Part shown: positions 30,987 through 40,953 of the stretch, in pieces
How positions within the stretch are numbered: position 1 is the stretch's first letter
Layout: every line of letters starts with the position of its first letter
Source: Pelagomonas calceolata
Taxonomy: Eukaryota
Reading direction: 5' to 3'
Assembly: GCA_918797485.1 (NCBI GenBank)
Contig: CAKKNE010000006.1
Span: forward strand, 1,364,001-1,428,000
Length of the DNA: 64,000 nt
Position numbers and translations under genes: made by a program
Notes under the pieces: model-generated
Databases searched by the model: none
What the model saw: the letters and a program-made list of their open reading frames with translations, nothing else
Told to the model about the DNA's origin: nothing

Positions 30987-32702
30987 CTAGATGCGCGTGA
31001 TCTCCGCGCGCGTGCGCGCCGGGACGCCATGCACGACAGTCTCGTCACCCTCCGCAGACAAGGGATGGACCGTCAGCTGCGAGAAGGTCCCGCCACCCGC
31101 GCCTTTCGACAAGTGCCCCGGGTTCAGCACCAAACAACCTTGCACGTCGCGCGCGAAGGGCTGGAGCTTCGAGGGCGTGATGAGGACGTCGGGCTGTAAA
31201 GGTAACTTCCACTTCCCGTGCTGCCGCAGGTCGACGGGCGCGTCGGCCACGGTCGAACTCATAGAAGGCGGCGGGAAGAGCGGGTAGAAGCTTCTCTGTG
31301 ACAATAAGTGAGACGCTAACCGAGCCACGCGCGGCATCTTCGCTATTTCAGAATTGTCGCGCCCGTTGTGGAACAGCTCCTGCGAAGACAGCTGAAATAA
31401 GACATCAGTAGCCGTCACACCCACCACCACTTCATTAATCTTGAACAGACCGGGGTTGCCGACAACATGCACCTGGGAAGGCAGTTCCAACGAACCAACA
31501 GGCATCTCGTCCTGCCACGACGGCCGCGCGTCATTCTGAGCACCGAGCGGAGGCGCGTCCAATGGTGGCTGCGGGAACACCGGCTCCGCAACTAGATCGC
31601 GAGTAGCGGGAGCCAGGATGAATTGCGTCGGGCAGTCCTCCTCAATAACTAACTTCTCGAGGGCCCAGGCCACCTTCAATACAAACAACGTCGCGGCATC
31701 GACGCTTTCATCACCTTCCTTCAGATCGTTGTTCTTGGCCAGCGGGTGGTCGGCGTCCACGAAGGGGCCTAACAGTACGACGGCGTCGGGCTTTGCAGCT
31801 CTACAAGCCGCTAGTAAATCTTTTAGCGGGCTGTAATCGAGGTCGTCCGACGTCGTGTAGGGGCCGCTCGCCGCCCAAATACTGAGAGGCTGGTTGTTCT
31901 GCTGCTTCGTGTGGAACTCCTGCATCTGTTTGGCTGGAGTAGAAGCGGGCGGTGCTGGAGACCCTAAAATAATGGACCTCGCGAGGATCGTACCATCTTC
32001 ACCCGGTGCCGATCCCACGACCCCAACGACCTGGCCCGGAAACAAGGCGTAGCTACCTTCCACGGCGGTCAAATCGAGAGGCACGCGGAAGCCACCTTCC
32101 GACCGCTCGCCCTCGAGGCACACTGATGATTTGTTCAACCGGCCATCAAGAGCATCCAGACACACGCGCCCACAGAAGAGCGCCGGCGTCTGCGTCGCCG
32201 TGCCGATGGCACACGGCTCCACATCTTTCTCAGAGAAGTTTTCTCGTATCTTCTGGGCCGCCTCTACGAGCGAAGCATCTAAGGCCGCACACCGCTCGCC
32301 GGGCGGCGTGAACATGTGGCGATACCTCGTGGCGGTGCCCACGGCCAACTGCGTACTCTCCGTGCCGCCGTAGGCTTTGCTCGAGGTCCACGCGTCGACG
32401 TCTTTTTCGGTAGGCGCGGCGACGACGACGGCTCTTTGTGAAACAGAACCGAGGTCGCCCCAAGCTGCTCTGCGTTGCAGGTGTTTGTTGGCCACGTCGA
32501 CGGTGGCGCCGCCATTCGTGCGGTCTTTGTACTTGGTGGCTGTCGACGGAGGGGGCTTCGGGCTAGTTTCGGTGGCCGTGGGCGTCTCGCCGGCGAAGCT
32601 CACCTTCTTCCGCGGCGCGGGCGTCACCGTCGGGTTTTCCAAGGGGCGCTTGAGCGTGGACGGCGGCGGCGCGTCGCTGACGGGCGTGAAGCCGACGTCC
32701 AT
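30987..32702 (-). CDS. POLA2: DNA polymerase alpha subunit B
   Basis: YRHMF, LFPGQVV, AASGPYTT, LLGPFVD, PVFPQPP, SQRSFYPLFPP, PDVLITPSKL, LNPGHL. Confidence 0.93.
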   Translation of the reverse strand: MDVGFTPVSDAPPPSTLKRPLENPTVTPAPRKKVSFAGETPTATETSPKPPPSTATKYKDRTNGGATVDVANKHLQRRAAWGDLGSVSQRAVVVAAPTEKDVDAWTSSKAYGGTESTQLAVGTATRYRHMFTPPGERCAALDASLVEAAQKIRENFSEKDVEPCAIGTATQTPALFCGRVCLDALDGRLNKSSVCLEGERSEGGFRVPLDLTAVEGSYALFPGQVVGVVGSAPGEDGTILARSIILGSPAPPASTPAKQMQEFHTKQQNNQPLSIWAASGPYTTSDDLDYSPLKDLLAACRAAKPDAVVLLGPFVDADHPLAKNNDLKEGDESVDAATLFVLKVAWALEKLVIEEDCPTQFILAPATRDLVAEPVFPQPPLDAPPLGAQNDARPSWQDEMPVGSLELPSQVHVVGNPGLFKINEVVVGVTATDVLFQLSSQELFHNGRDNSEIAKMPRVARLASHLLSQRSFYPLFPPPSMSSTVADAPVDLRQHGKWKLPLQPDVLITPSKLQPFARDVQGCLVLNPGHLSKGAGGGTFSQLTVHPLSAEGDETVVHGVPARTRAEITRI

Positions 32703-32873
32703 GGTTCCCAGCTAGCTGTGATTTGAACGGTAGGCGTCGAGGCGGCGCGCGGTCTTCCGCCCAGGGCTCGCAGCGGCTATAACTAGGCTGGAGCACTGCT
32801 TCTTTCAGCGTCAGCTGTCAGGATAGCGGCTTGCGCGGCCGCGGAGCAATCTCGTTCAAAATAATTAGCAAGA

Positions 32874-32894
32874 TTAGTGTCTTACAGCCGCTAG
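32874..32894 (+). promoter_or_regulatory. CTAG...CTAG intergenic motif
   Basis: TTAGTGTCTTACAGCCGCTAG between divergent genes. Confidence 0.6.
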
Positions 32895-32965
32895 CAATTA
32901 AAATCTTTTAGTCGAGGCGCGGAGAAAGCAGGCTCGTTCAGACACCAGCGCTGCACCCGCGCACC

Positions 32966-33847
32966 ATGAGAGCCGCCGCATGGCTCCTCGTCCTCACCAG
33001 CGCGGCGCGCGCCACGCCAAAGCGACGACGGATAGCGCGCGGCGGCGCCTTACCACCCGCTTGGCTACTAAAAGGCGGCGCCGAGGCGACCAAAGCACAA
33101 AACTTAAAAACAAAAGCCGACGCCGCACAGCGCGCCGACAAATACAAAGACGCTGTATCGCTCTACGAGAAAGCGCTCGAGGATTCTTCCGGGGACGACT
33201 TGCTCGAGGCGTCCATCAGGTTAAACCTGGCGCGCTGCCACCTGAAGCTCGAGCAGGACGTTGAATGTATTGAGGTCTGCGACGTTGTGGTGGACAAGGT
33301 CTCGAGTCGCTCGCCATTAAGAGCGACGGCACTGTATCGGCGCGCTTGTGCAAAACAGAGTATAGGAGAACTTGGTGAGGCCTATGTGGACGCGAAGACG
33401 GCCCAGTCCCTGGGTCACGAGCGAGCCTTCGAGATCGTGGACGCTTGTGCGGAGCACGCCCCGCCGGAGCCGCCACAACAACTACTACCGCTAAGGACGA
33501 TGCAATCGGCGGGTGGTGCAAAAAAAGCATTGGAGGGTTTGTTGGAGGACCCGTCCCAAGCGCGAAAATTAGTACCCTTGGCAAAAACGCTCGGCTCCGC
33601 GTCGACGCTCAAAAACGTCTTGAATCTCCCGGCGGAGCGCGCGGAAAAACTCGCGGCCGCTTTACAGGACCTCGACGAGGACCGCGCGGAGAAGTGGGCG
33701 CGGCGCGCGAAACGAGCCGTCGGGGCCTACCGCGGCCTGCGCAAGTTCTCGAGGCTGTGGCGGCGGTACTTCCCGAAGACGGTCTACGCGGGCGTCCTTT
33801 ATCTGTTCGGGACGGACTCGCTGCGGCTGCTGCGGCAGAAGGACTAA
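32966..33847 (+). CDS. Signal-peptide-containing TPR protein
   Basis: Three TPRs (YKDAVSLYEKAL, LNLARCHLKL, ALYRRACAK), N-terminal signal and C-terminal hydrophobic segment. Confidence 0.8.
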   Translation: MRAAAWLLVLTSAARATPKRRRIARGGALPPAWLLKGGAEATKAQNLKTKADAAQRADKYKDAVSLYEKALEDSSGDDLLEASIRLNLARCHLKLEQDVECIEVCDVVVDKVSSRSPLRATALYRRACAKQSIGELGEAYVDAKTAQSLGHERAFEIVDACAEHAPPEPPQQLLPLRTMQSAGGAKKALEGLLEDPSQARKLVPLAKTLGSASTLKNVLNLPAERAEKLAAALQDLDEDRAEKWARRAKRAVGAYRGLRKFSRLWRRYFPKTVYAGVLYLFGTDSLRLLRQKD

Positions 33848-33860
33848 CAATACACTAGTG

Positions 33861-34983
33861 TTACCCGGGCACGCGCGCGACGGCGGCCATGCGCGCGCCG
33901 GCCCGCAAGGAACACAGGTTCTGGCCCGTGGGCTGCGTGCCGGCGGCGTCGCCGCGCTCCGCCGCGGACGCGTGGCGCTTGTACCAGCGGTGGGGCGTCA
34001 GCACGGCGTCCGGCGCGACCTCAAACAACTTCGCCGCGGCGGCGCCCGCTTCTTCTGATAATCTCCATGTGAGGTCGGCCTCGCCAAACGCTAAAAAGTC
34101 GACGAAGGAGAACGCCTCGATCGCGTCTACGAGGGCCAGGAAGGTCAGGTGCCCGGGGCGAGGAAGGAAAGCGCCCGACGACCGGCGCCCAGGGCACGGC
34201 ACCACCACGACATCCGCCAGCTCACCAAGCGCCTCGGCCGCCGCCGTCCGGTCGTCGTCGTCGCAGACCGCGACGCACGTGCGCGGCCACGTCCCGCCGC
34301 AACCCGCAGACGCTCGCTTTCAGGGCTCGCGCCTTGAGCGCCCGCGCCTCCACGCCGTGCTTCCGCACGCCGCCGAGGAAGGGGACGACCGCAGCCGTAC
34401 TGTTGTAGCGCGGCCACCGCCTCGGCGTCGTACCGCACAAATCTCTAAGCTGCCATTGGATGACCGCGTCCACGCGCCGCATCGCCTCCGCATACGAGTG
34501 GCGCGCGACGACGCCGTGCTCGTACGCTGACAAGTGCATCACCCTGATGGATTCGGGGTGCGCCGGGCGCCAGACCGCGCTCGCCTCCCGTAGGACGCCA
34601 TTATTCGCGGCGTCCAGCGGCTCGCCGGCGAGGCCCCGCCAGTCGACGCGCGCCGCGACTTTGTAGGGCGCGAGGAACGCACCCGCGTAGACGGCCCGCA
34701 GGCTCTTCGACACGGGCGTTTTCGCCAGCGACGAGAAGTTCGCCTCGCGTGCGACTTGGTTTGGATCGCAGGTGCAGGCCTTGGGTGCGATGCGTTCTTT
34801 GTAGTAGGTCTGGGCCACGCGCCGCCGCGACGGGGAGCACGCGACGAAGCACAGATGTTTCGTGTCGCAGGCGTCGATGGCTTGTCGTGGCTTCTCGAAG
34901 GTCGTGCCCTTCGGGCTGCGCGCGAACCAGCAGCAGTCGTCGGCTGCTGCTGCAGCGAGCAGCGCTGCGAGCCGTCTCTTCAT
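33861..34983 (-). pseudogene. Secreted hypothetical protein interrupted by an apparent +1 frameshift near 34275
   Basis: Frame 34983 reads ...RRDVAAHV; skipping one base continues VAVCDDDDRTAAAEALGELADVVVVPC into ORF 33861-34208. Confidence 0.6.
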
Positions 34984-35450
34984 CGTGCCATGCTGCCCGT
35001 AATTGTGGCCAAATGGGCTGCTGCAGCAAATTGGTCACTGTGATGCACTGTGCCGCAGCGATGGCGTGAGGTGCTGCGAGTTGCAGCAGCGCATGCTAAT
35101 TGAAATGCGTAGATACTGGCATATGCTGCCCTCCCGCTCGTCTTCCATTAGCATTGCCACACACAGCCGTCCAAGGACGTCGACTGCCCGATAGACACAC
35201 TGGCACAAGCTCGGGTGGGCCCGGGGGGAGCGGGAGGGGTACGGGGGACCCCGCGACGTAACTAGCCTGAGCCTGAGCCAAGCTCGTACTGTTGTGGTAA
35301 ACGCGGCACGCGCCGGCCGCCGACGAATCGTCCCTACGGTATAACGAGGAGTACCAGGATCAATGTTACTTTATACACGAGAGTAAGCGTGGGAGAGAAA
35401 GCGTATCCGGCAGCTTTCGTAAGGGGACCGGACAGAGATAAGCAATGGGA

Positions 35451-35511
35451 CGCCATCGAGCAGTGAGGAACCGGCACCGCCGCGCCGTCGAGCAGGCGTG
35501 GAGGCCGTGAT
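35451..35511 (-). repeat. Non-intronic relic of the introner internal sequence
   Basis: The reverse complement aligns with the intron interior at about 28850-28921 (ATCAyGGCCTCyACGCC...TGCTCGACGGCG...CGGTTCCTCAC.GCTCGA). Confidence 0.75.
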
Positions 35512-35553
35512 GGAGCCGCGGGCGGAGAAGCGCCGCGACGGGGAGCGATATGT

Positions 35554-36894
35554 TCAGAGGTCCGCGTCGTCGTTTTGCATGACGGAAATCACCGAGGCGA
35601 GGGACTGCGAACGCGGCCGGTTGAAGGCCACATGCAGCGCGCACGTCGCGCCGCCGATCAGCAAAGCGAGGACCGCGAAGGCGACCATGCAGCCGCGGGC
35701 CGCCTTTTTTGGTGTGTCGTAATCCTCGATGTGTCGTCTAGCTTCTGATCCCTCCCATTCGTAGGACTCGACCGTCGTGACGAGGGGCCACCCGTTCAGG
35801 GACCGCTCCGTACTGATTTGAGACTCTACCAATCGTCCGGTGAGCGGCTCGACGGCGGCCCACGACGCCGCGCCCTCTTCGAAGCCGTCGAAGCGGGTCC
35901 CGTCTATGTCGGCGTCTATGTCATAGCCGTCGACGGTGCTATTCGTGGCCTCGAACACTACTCGTCTACAAGCCACGCCCTTCACGTTCATCGCACCGTC
36001 GTCGACCAAAGCTACGTGCTTCTGGAGGGCGTCGGACCAGACGGTCCCTTTGACCTTGGCGTCCTCGCGGCGTAATGGTTTAACTCGCGTCCGCGCGCCG
36101 ACCGCTGACGGGTTCGGCGCGAGCGTGTACCGCCCAACATCATCTATGTTTCCTCGGCCGGTCCTGAGACCAATTCGATCCGTCGCGTTCCGGAGGATTG
36201 TCGAGAGCATGTCTCGGATCGGGCGCCGCGCGAAGGTGCCGTCGGTATCGAGGGTCACTATTTCCGCATCCATTGATTCAGTAGTCGTATAGTAGCTATG
36301 TCGAGAGAATTCGTATGATTTCCGCGAGTCGACCCAACTCCGGTCAGACCCCACCAACGAGTGGACGAGCCCCAGCTTTACAGGATCCAACGAAGGCGTC
36401 GCGCCGGCAAGCACCTCCTCAGAATTGGTCACGTTCCAGAGCGTCACATCAACAGATGAAACAACATTTTCGTGGAGCCGGCGCCACTCGTTCACCGTAT
36501 CAATTACAATAGCTTCCCGCGCGCGCTCCTCGACGACGTGCGCGACGATCGGCTGGACAGAAATAGCAGCCGCGGCGCAGAGGACGCCCGCTATGATTAA
36601 CGGTGTCAACTGTTTGACATTAATGCGACACCGCGCCGTCTTCATGAAACTGCTGGTGGCGCTTCTAACAGAGTAGGCTCCACTACTATCCGTCGAATCC
36701 AGGTCGTCGTCGATGTCCGAGTCCCACTGCATGCGCTTCGTGACTTGCGCCAGCGAGACGCGTTTTCGCGCGAGCCGCGGCGCTTCCAGTGATGGGGAAA
36801 GCGGTCTTATCGTAATGGCCGCGTGGGGGTGCGGCGCCGTGATGATGTCCCTCTGTGGAGAGGGACTGCGACTGGCGGCGCGCGGCGCCGCCAT
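35554..36894 (-). CDS. CD36/LIMP-family-like membrane protein
   Basis: Two flanking TM helices with VTLWNVTNSEEVLAGATP and VEPLTG, both CD36-family hallmarks. Confidence 0.65.
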   Translation of the reverse strand: MAAPRAASRSPSPQRDIITAPHPHAAITIRPLSPSLEAPRLARKRVSLAQVTKRMQWDSDIDDDLDSTDSSGAYSVRSATSSFMKTARCRINVKQLTPLIIAGVLCAAAAISVQPIVAHVVEERAREAIVIDTVNEWRRLHENVVSSVDVTLWNVTNSEEVLAGATPSLDPVKLGLVHSLVGSDRSWVDSRKSYEFSRHSYYTTTESMDAEIVTLDTDGTFARRPIRDMLSTILRNATDRIGLRTGRGNIDDVGRYTLAPNPSAVGARTRVKPLRREDAKVKGTVWSDALQKHVALVDDGAMNVKGVACRRVVFEATNSTVDGYDIDADIDGTRFDGFEEGAASWAAVEPLTGRLVESQISTERSLNGWPLVTTVESYEWEGSEARRHIEDYDTPKKAARGCMVAFAVLALLIGGATCALHVAFNRPRSQSLASVISVMQNDDADL

Positions 36895-37524
36895 CCTGGT
36901 CGTAGCGCTTCACACTGACCAGGCCAAGCTAGGGGGCAGCCCGCTTCGCTTCACAAACCGCGCGGGCTGCCTTTCGTCCAACCGGGCAGCCTCGGGCTCC
37001 ACCTGACAAGTTGTTCCGACGCCGCCGCCGCTGCTCGAACAGGGCAGCCTGAAGGCGATTCTGTAATGCCGCGGCGGGAACCGGCGGCCTACCACGGACA
37101 CAACAGCCTATTCATTAGCCACAAAGCCACAAAACCCGTTCCCAGACCGGTGATTAATCTCGAACAATCCTTCCTACGGCCGTTTTTACGGTTGGAAGCG
37201 CTCGCCTTTTACTAGAAGAAGCTGGGTATTAATCGCAAGGTCGCCCCGACTCTTTGTAACCACGCGCCTTGCGCGCGACCCCCTCTTTTTTTGCCGGGAC
37301 CCCCTGTTCCCATTGCCCCCGGTCGAAACGCGGGCGCCGCGGACAAGCGCGCGCGGTCGCGGCCCGCCCCGCGCCGAAGTCCAGCCGACGGCCGCGGCGC
37401 CCACGACGACTCTCACCGCGATGACGGTTTCTCTAGAAAGGCAACTGGAAACGCGCCTCCAATCGGAGACGGTCGCGGCCGTGCGTCGCACAACCCCCCC
37501 CCCACGCCGTCGCCGCGAAGACTA

Positions 37525-38685
37525 CTAACTCGACTTACCCTCATCGGACGACGGCTTCTCCGCCGCCGGCGCGTTGAACTTGTCCTCCAACGAAGCTAAC
37601 GTATTGCGCAGCGTTTTGCGCGCCAGCAACCTATTTTTTTCATTGGCCACCATGCGCTCGAAGAGCCGCAACCGCTCCGCGTGCGACGAAGCCTGAACTA
37701 ATCGTTGCACGCCCGACGTCTGCTCCTCTACTAAGGGTCCTACATCCTCCATCACCCTATCTCTCAGTGTCCGAACGTCCCTTTGCAGATCAGCAGGTAA
37801 TTCGGACAGGTTCACTGATTGAGGCAGCTGCTTATCACCCGAACCGCCGTTCTTCTCGGAGAGATATTTGATGAGCCGGTTCTGGACGTCCTGCTGCACC
37901 CGTCGGCCCGCCGCTTGCGCGCGCGCGTCGAGAAAGTTCTTCCACAGCTCGACGACGCCCCACAGAGAACCAGACCCGACGCCTCTCGAAGCTTCGAGCT
38001 TGCCGACGGCGTCTCTGGAGAAGCGGACGTCTTCCTTGCCTTGGTCCTGCATGTCGGCGACATCCCGCAGTGAATCTCTCACGGCCGCTTCCAGTTGCGA
38101 CACTTCCGACGATTCTTCGTCCGTTTCGTCGTCGTCTACGAGCTCCTCGACCTCGCACCGTAGATACGTCTCTCTGGTACGCGAATCGCCTTCGTTTAAC
38201 ACGTGTTTTATACGTACTCGAGAGTCTAACACTTTGTGGCTGCAGACGTACTTCACCGCATCATTCGTCTGTTGGCTTACTTCTTTGAGATCCTCCAGGT
38301 ACAGTACCACACCGACCTCGGCGAGCGTGTCGCTGTCCTCGGAGTTAACCATCGTAGTTACGAACCTTCTCCCACCGCTCATGAGGATGTCGGAGTACAT
38401 CTTCCGGTACCTCGGTTCGAAGATGTTGAGGACCTGGGTAGAACCAGGCGTGTAGGCCACGGCTCCCAGCGGGAAGAGTGGTAGGACCATCGTGCCGTTC
38501 GCGCCGCTCGGTTCCCTATCGGGCTGCTGGGGGTTGAGCTTGGCCAGCCACCTGATGTCGGGCGGCGCTTCGAGTTCCGGCGTTGCTCGTCTTGTTGTGT
38601 GTCGCAGCGCTATGCGCGTTGACGGCGGCGCGAATGCTGAGACAGCCACGCATGCTAGGGCACAGCTGGTCCAGCGGCGCGCCAT
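37525..38685 (-). CDS. Plastid-targeted LON-peptidase substrate-binding (LON N-terminal) domain protein
   Basis: VSA-FAP presequence and LPLFPL...PG...LNIFEPRYRKM. Confidence 0.85.
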   Translation of the reverse strand: MARRWTSCALACVAVSAFAPPSTRIALRHTTRRATPELEAPPDIRWLAKLNPQQPDREPSGANGTMVLPLFPLGAVAYTPGSTQVLNIFEPRYRKMYSDILMSGGRRFVTTMVNSEDSDTLAEVGVVLYLEDLKEVSQQTNDAVKYVCSHKVLDSRVRIKHVLNEGDSRTRETYLRCEVEELVDDDETDEESSEVSQLEAAVRDSLRDVADMQDQGKEDVRFSRDAVGKLEASRGVGSGSLWGVVELWKNFLDARAQAAGRRVQQDVQNRLIKYLSEKNGGSGDKQLPQSVNLSELPADLQRDVRTLRDRVMEDVGPLVEEQTSGVQRLVQASSHAERLRLFERMVANEKNRLLARKTLRNTLASLEDKFNAPAAEKPSSDEGKSS

Positions 38686-39220
38686 CGCTCGGATTTGAGG
38701 GATTGCTGGGATCAAGGACGCAATGCACGTCGAGTGCTTGCGCTCGCTCGGCCGCGCGCGTACGGTGGTGTGGATTTGCGATGACAGTGGCTGAGATGAG
38801 GCCGGCGCCGGCGGCTTTCCGGTACCGTTTCCTCGCCCGAGCGGAGACGTGTGCACCCGAGAGAGGCCTCGCAAAGCAGAAACCATTCGCCGGGTTTTTG
38901 GGGGGCTTGTATTGACTTTGATTGCAATTGTGCTGTGGATTTTAGGCCGAAGCCGTGCGGTGCAGCGTCCAAAGACATCGTGCAACGCACGAGGGAAACC
39001 ATGCGCGTCGGATCGCGGAGCCATAAGGCACGAGAGATGGTGCAAGCCGCTGCACTCTCCATATGATGTCACCGCTCTCCGGAGCCAAACGCGCGACGGT
39101 AGCGCTGCTCCACGCGGCGTCAGCGATGTATGCTCGCTGGCGTCGAGTTGGCACCGTCTCCTCACGCCATCGGCGCGAGCGATTTGTTCGAGACCATTTG
39201 ACGTCCGCGCAGGCGAAGCA

Positions 39221-39832
39221 ATGAGAGTAGCAGCCATGCTCCTGGCCGCGCGGGCCGCCGCGCTCGCGCCGCGCCTGCCGTCCATGGCACGGAGCGCCAC
39301 TCGTTCCACAGTAAGGATGGACGCCGCGACGCCCGAGCAGTTCGCGCGCATCGACTTAAGGGTGGGGACCATTGTGGACGCGTTCAACCACCCCGAGTCC
39401 GAGAAATTGATCGTCGAGGAGATCGACCTGGGCGAGCCCGACGGGCCGCGGCAGATCGTGTCCGGGCTGCAGGACTTCTACAAAGCGAGTGAGCTCGTCG
39501 GGAAGAAGGTTTTAGTAGTAGCAAACTTACCGACGGCGAAGTTGGGGGGCATGCCTTCCGCCGGCATGGTGTTGTGCGGTTCGGCGGACGAGAAGGCGAA
39601 GGTCGAGGTGTTGGAGCCGCCCGCGGCCTGCGAGGACGGCGAGCCGGCTTATCTCGAGGGCGTGGACGCCGACCTGGCCACGCCGAACCAGGTGAAGAAG
39701 AAGAAGCTCTGGGCGCCGGTGGCCGCCGAACTCAAACTTGTCGGTGGTGTTGCTACGTTCGACGGCAAACCGATCGAGACGTCGGAGGGGACGTGCTCCT
39801 GCGCGTCGATCACGGACGGGCCGATTTCTTAG
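39221..39832 (+). CDS. OB-fold tRNA-binding domain protein (EMAP II/Arc1p/MetRS C-terminal-like), with presequence
   Basis: IDLRVGTI..HPESEKL..IDLGE..RQIVSGL..VVANL..SAGMVLC. Confidence 0.88.
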   Translation: MRVAAMLLAARAAALAPRLPSMARSATRSTVRMDAATPEQFARIDLRVGTIVDAFNHPESEKLIVEEIDLGEPDGPRQIVSGLQDFYKASELVGKKVLVVANLPTAKLGGMPSAGMVLCGSADEKAKVEVLEPPAACEDGEPAYLEGVDADLATPNQVKKKKLWAPVAAELKLVGGVATFDGKPIETSEGTCSCASITDGPIS

Positions 39833-39896
39833 AGTTCGTTAAAACACAATTACTCTTCACATTTCTCGTCGATGGCGTCGGGGCTGGCAGCCACCT

Positions 39897-40310
39897 TCAC
39901 ACGTGCTCGTTGTCCCCGAGCGTCTCGCCGCGCAGCGCGTAGGCCGCCGCGCCCAGCGCTATTACTGTCGCGACCATGGGCCAGCTCAGCTCGTCGCGCG
40001 TCGCTATTGCCAGCGCTGTCGCCGCGCCGACCACGAAGACCTTGACGGCGACGGAGACCCAGGCGGGTTCGCGGTCGTCGTCGTCGAGGAGCTCATCACT
40101 CAGTAAACCGATCGCCGCGGCCAGCTTGTCGCAGCGTAGCGCGGCGTCGGCCACGTCTGCTCGCAAGAGGAGCTCGTAAATATCGTCCCGGTCCTCTTCC
40201 CAGTCGCGGTGCTCAAGGGCCACTTCTAGCGCGCCTATTATAGTTTCCCTCGTGGCGTCTGGGACGTCTTGTAAGAGTTGGGCGGTGTCGCGGCGGATGA
40301 AGTCGGCCAT
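39897..40310 (-). CDS. Small hypothetical membrane protein
   Basis: 137-aa ORF with coding-like composition and two C-terminal hydrophobic helices. Confidence 0.6.
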   Translation of the reverse strand: MADFIRRDTAQLLQDVPDATRETIIGALEVALEHRDWEEDRDDIYELLLRADVADAALRCDKLAAAIGLLSDELLDDDDREPAWVSVAVKVFVVGAATALAIATRDELSWPMVATVIALGAAAYALRGETLGDNEHV

Positions 40311-40953
40311 CTGCTGCTGTCTGCACCTGCCAGCACCACGTATGCGCGCGCGAGTGCTGCTGTGGCGCTGCTGCAGCAGTGGCTTTATGGCTTTGCGGTG
40401 GCTAGCGGTCTCGAAACTTTTGCTGCACTTCGAGCACTGTCTGAAAATGCTTCCTGCAAATTCACACCAGCGGTGCGCACTGTAAGTCTCGTTTTTTTTG
40501 GAAAATGTCAGCCCAGAAAAACCCGTACCAAAAGTTTAAATCTCAAAGAACGCCTGCAGGCCTCTGTTCCGCCCAGAGCACGGCCCTAGGCTTCGCATGG
40601 CGCCCGTACGCCGCGGGTGAGGCCGAGGCACGGGCGGGACCAGACTCCGCACGAGACATTAAACGCCCGCCGCTGCACGCCGCGAGACGCACTCCATTAT
40701 CCGGCGAGCATCTCAGGCGCACGATCTGTATTGGCAACGAGGGTCGCAGCGAAAACGCGTGGTCATTGCGCCTCGGGAGAACACAAATAGTCTCATAGAG
40801 TGTTCCACGGGCGCCAAACCCGGCGCGCGCGACCGCAACAAAGCTCAAACTGCGGCGCCAGCACCCAAAGACGCGGCGCCCGCAACCCACCTCGGCGCGC
40901 GACGCACAGAGCCCGCAGACGCGGACCCAGGTCAGCGCGCGACCACCGACGCG

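Noticed and set aside
36920..37520. 600-bp gene-free region as a possible ncRNA
   Set aside because: No tRNA, snRNA or rRNA hallmark recognised. A covariance-model search would be needed.
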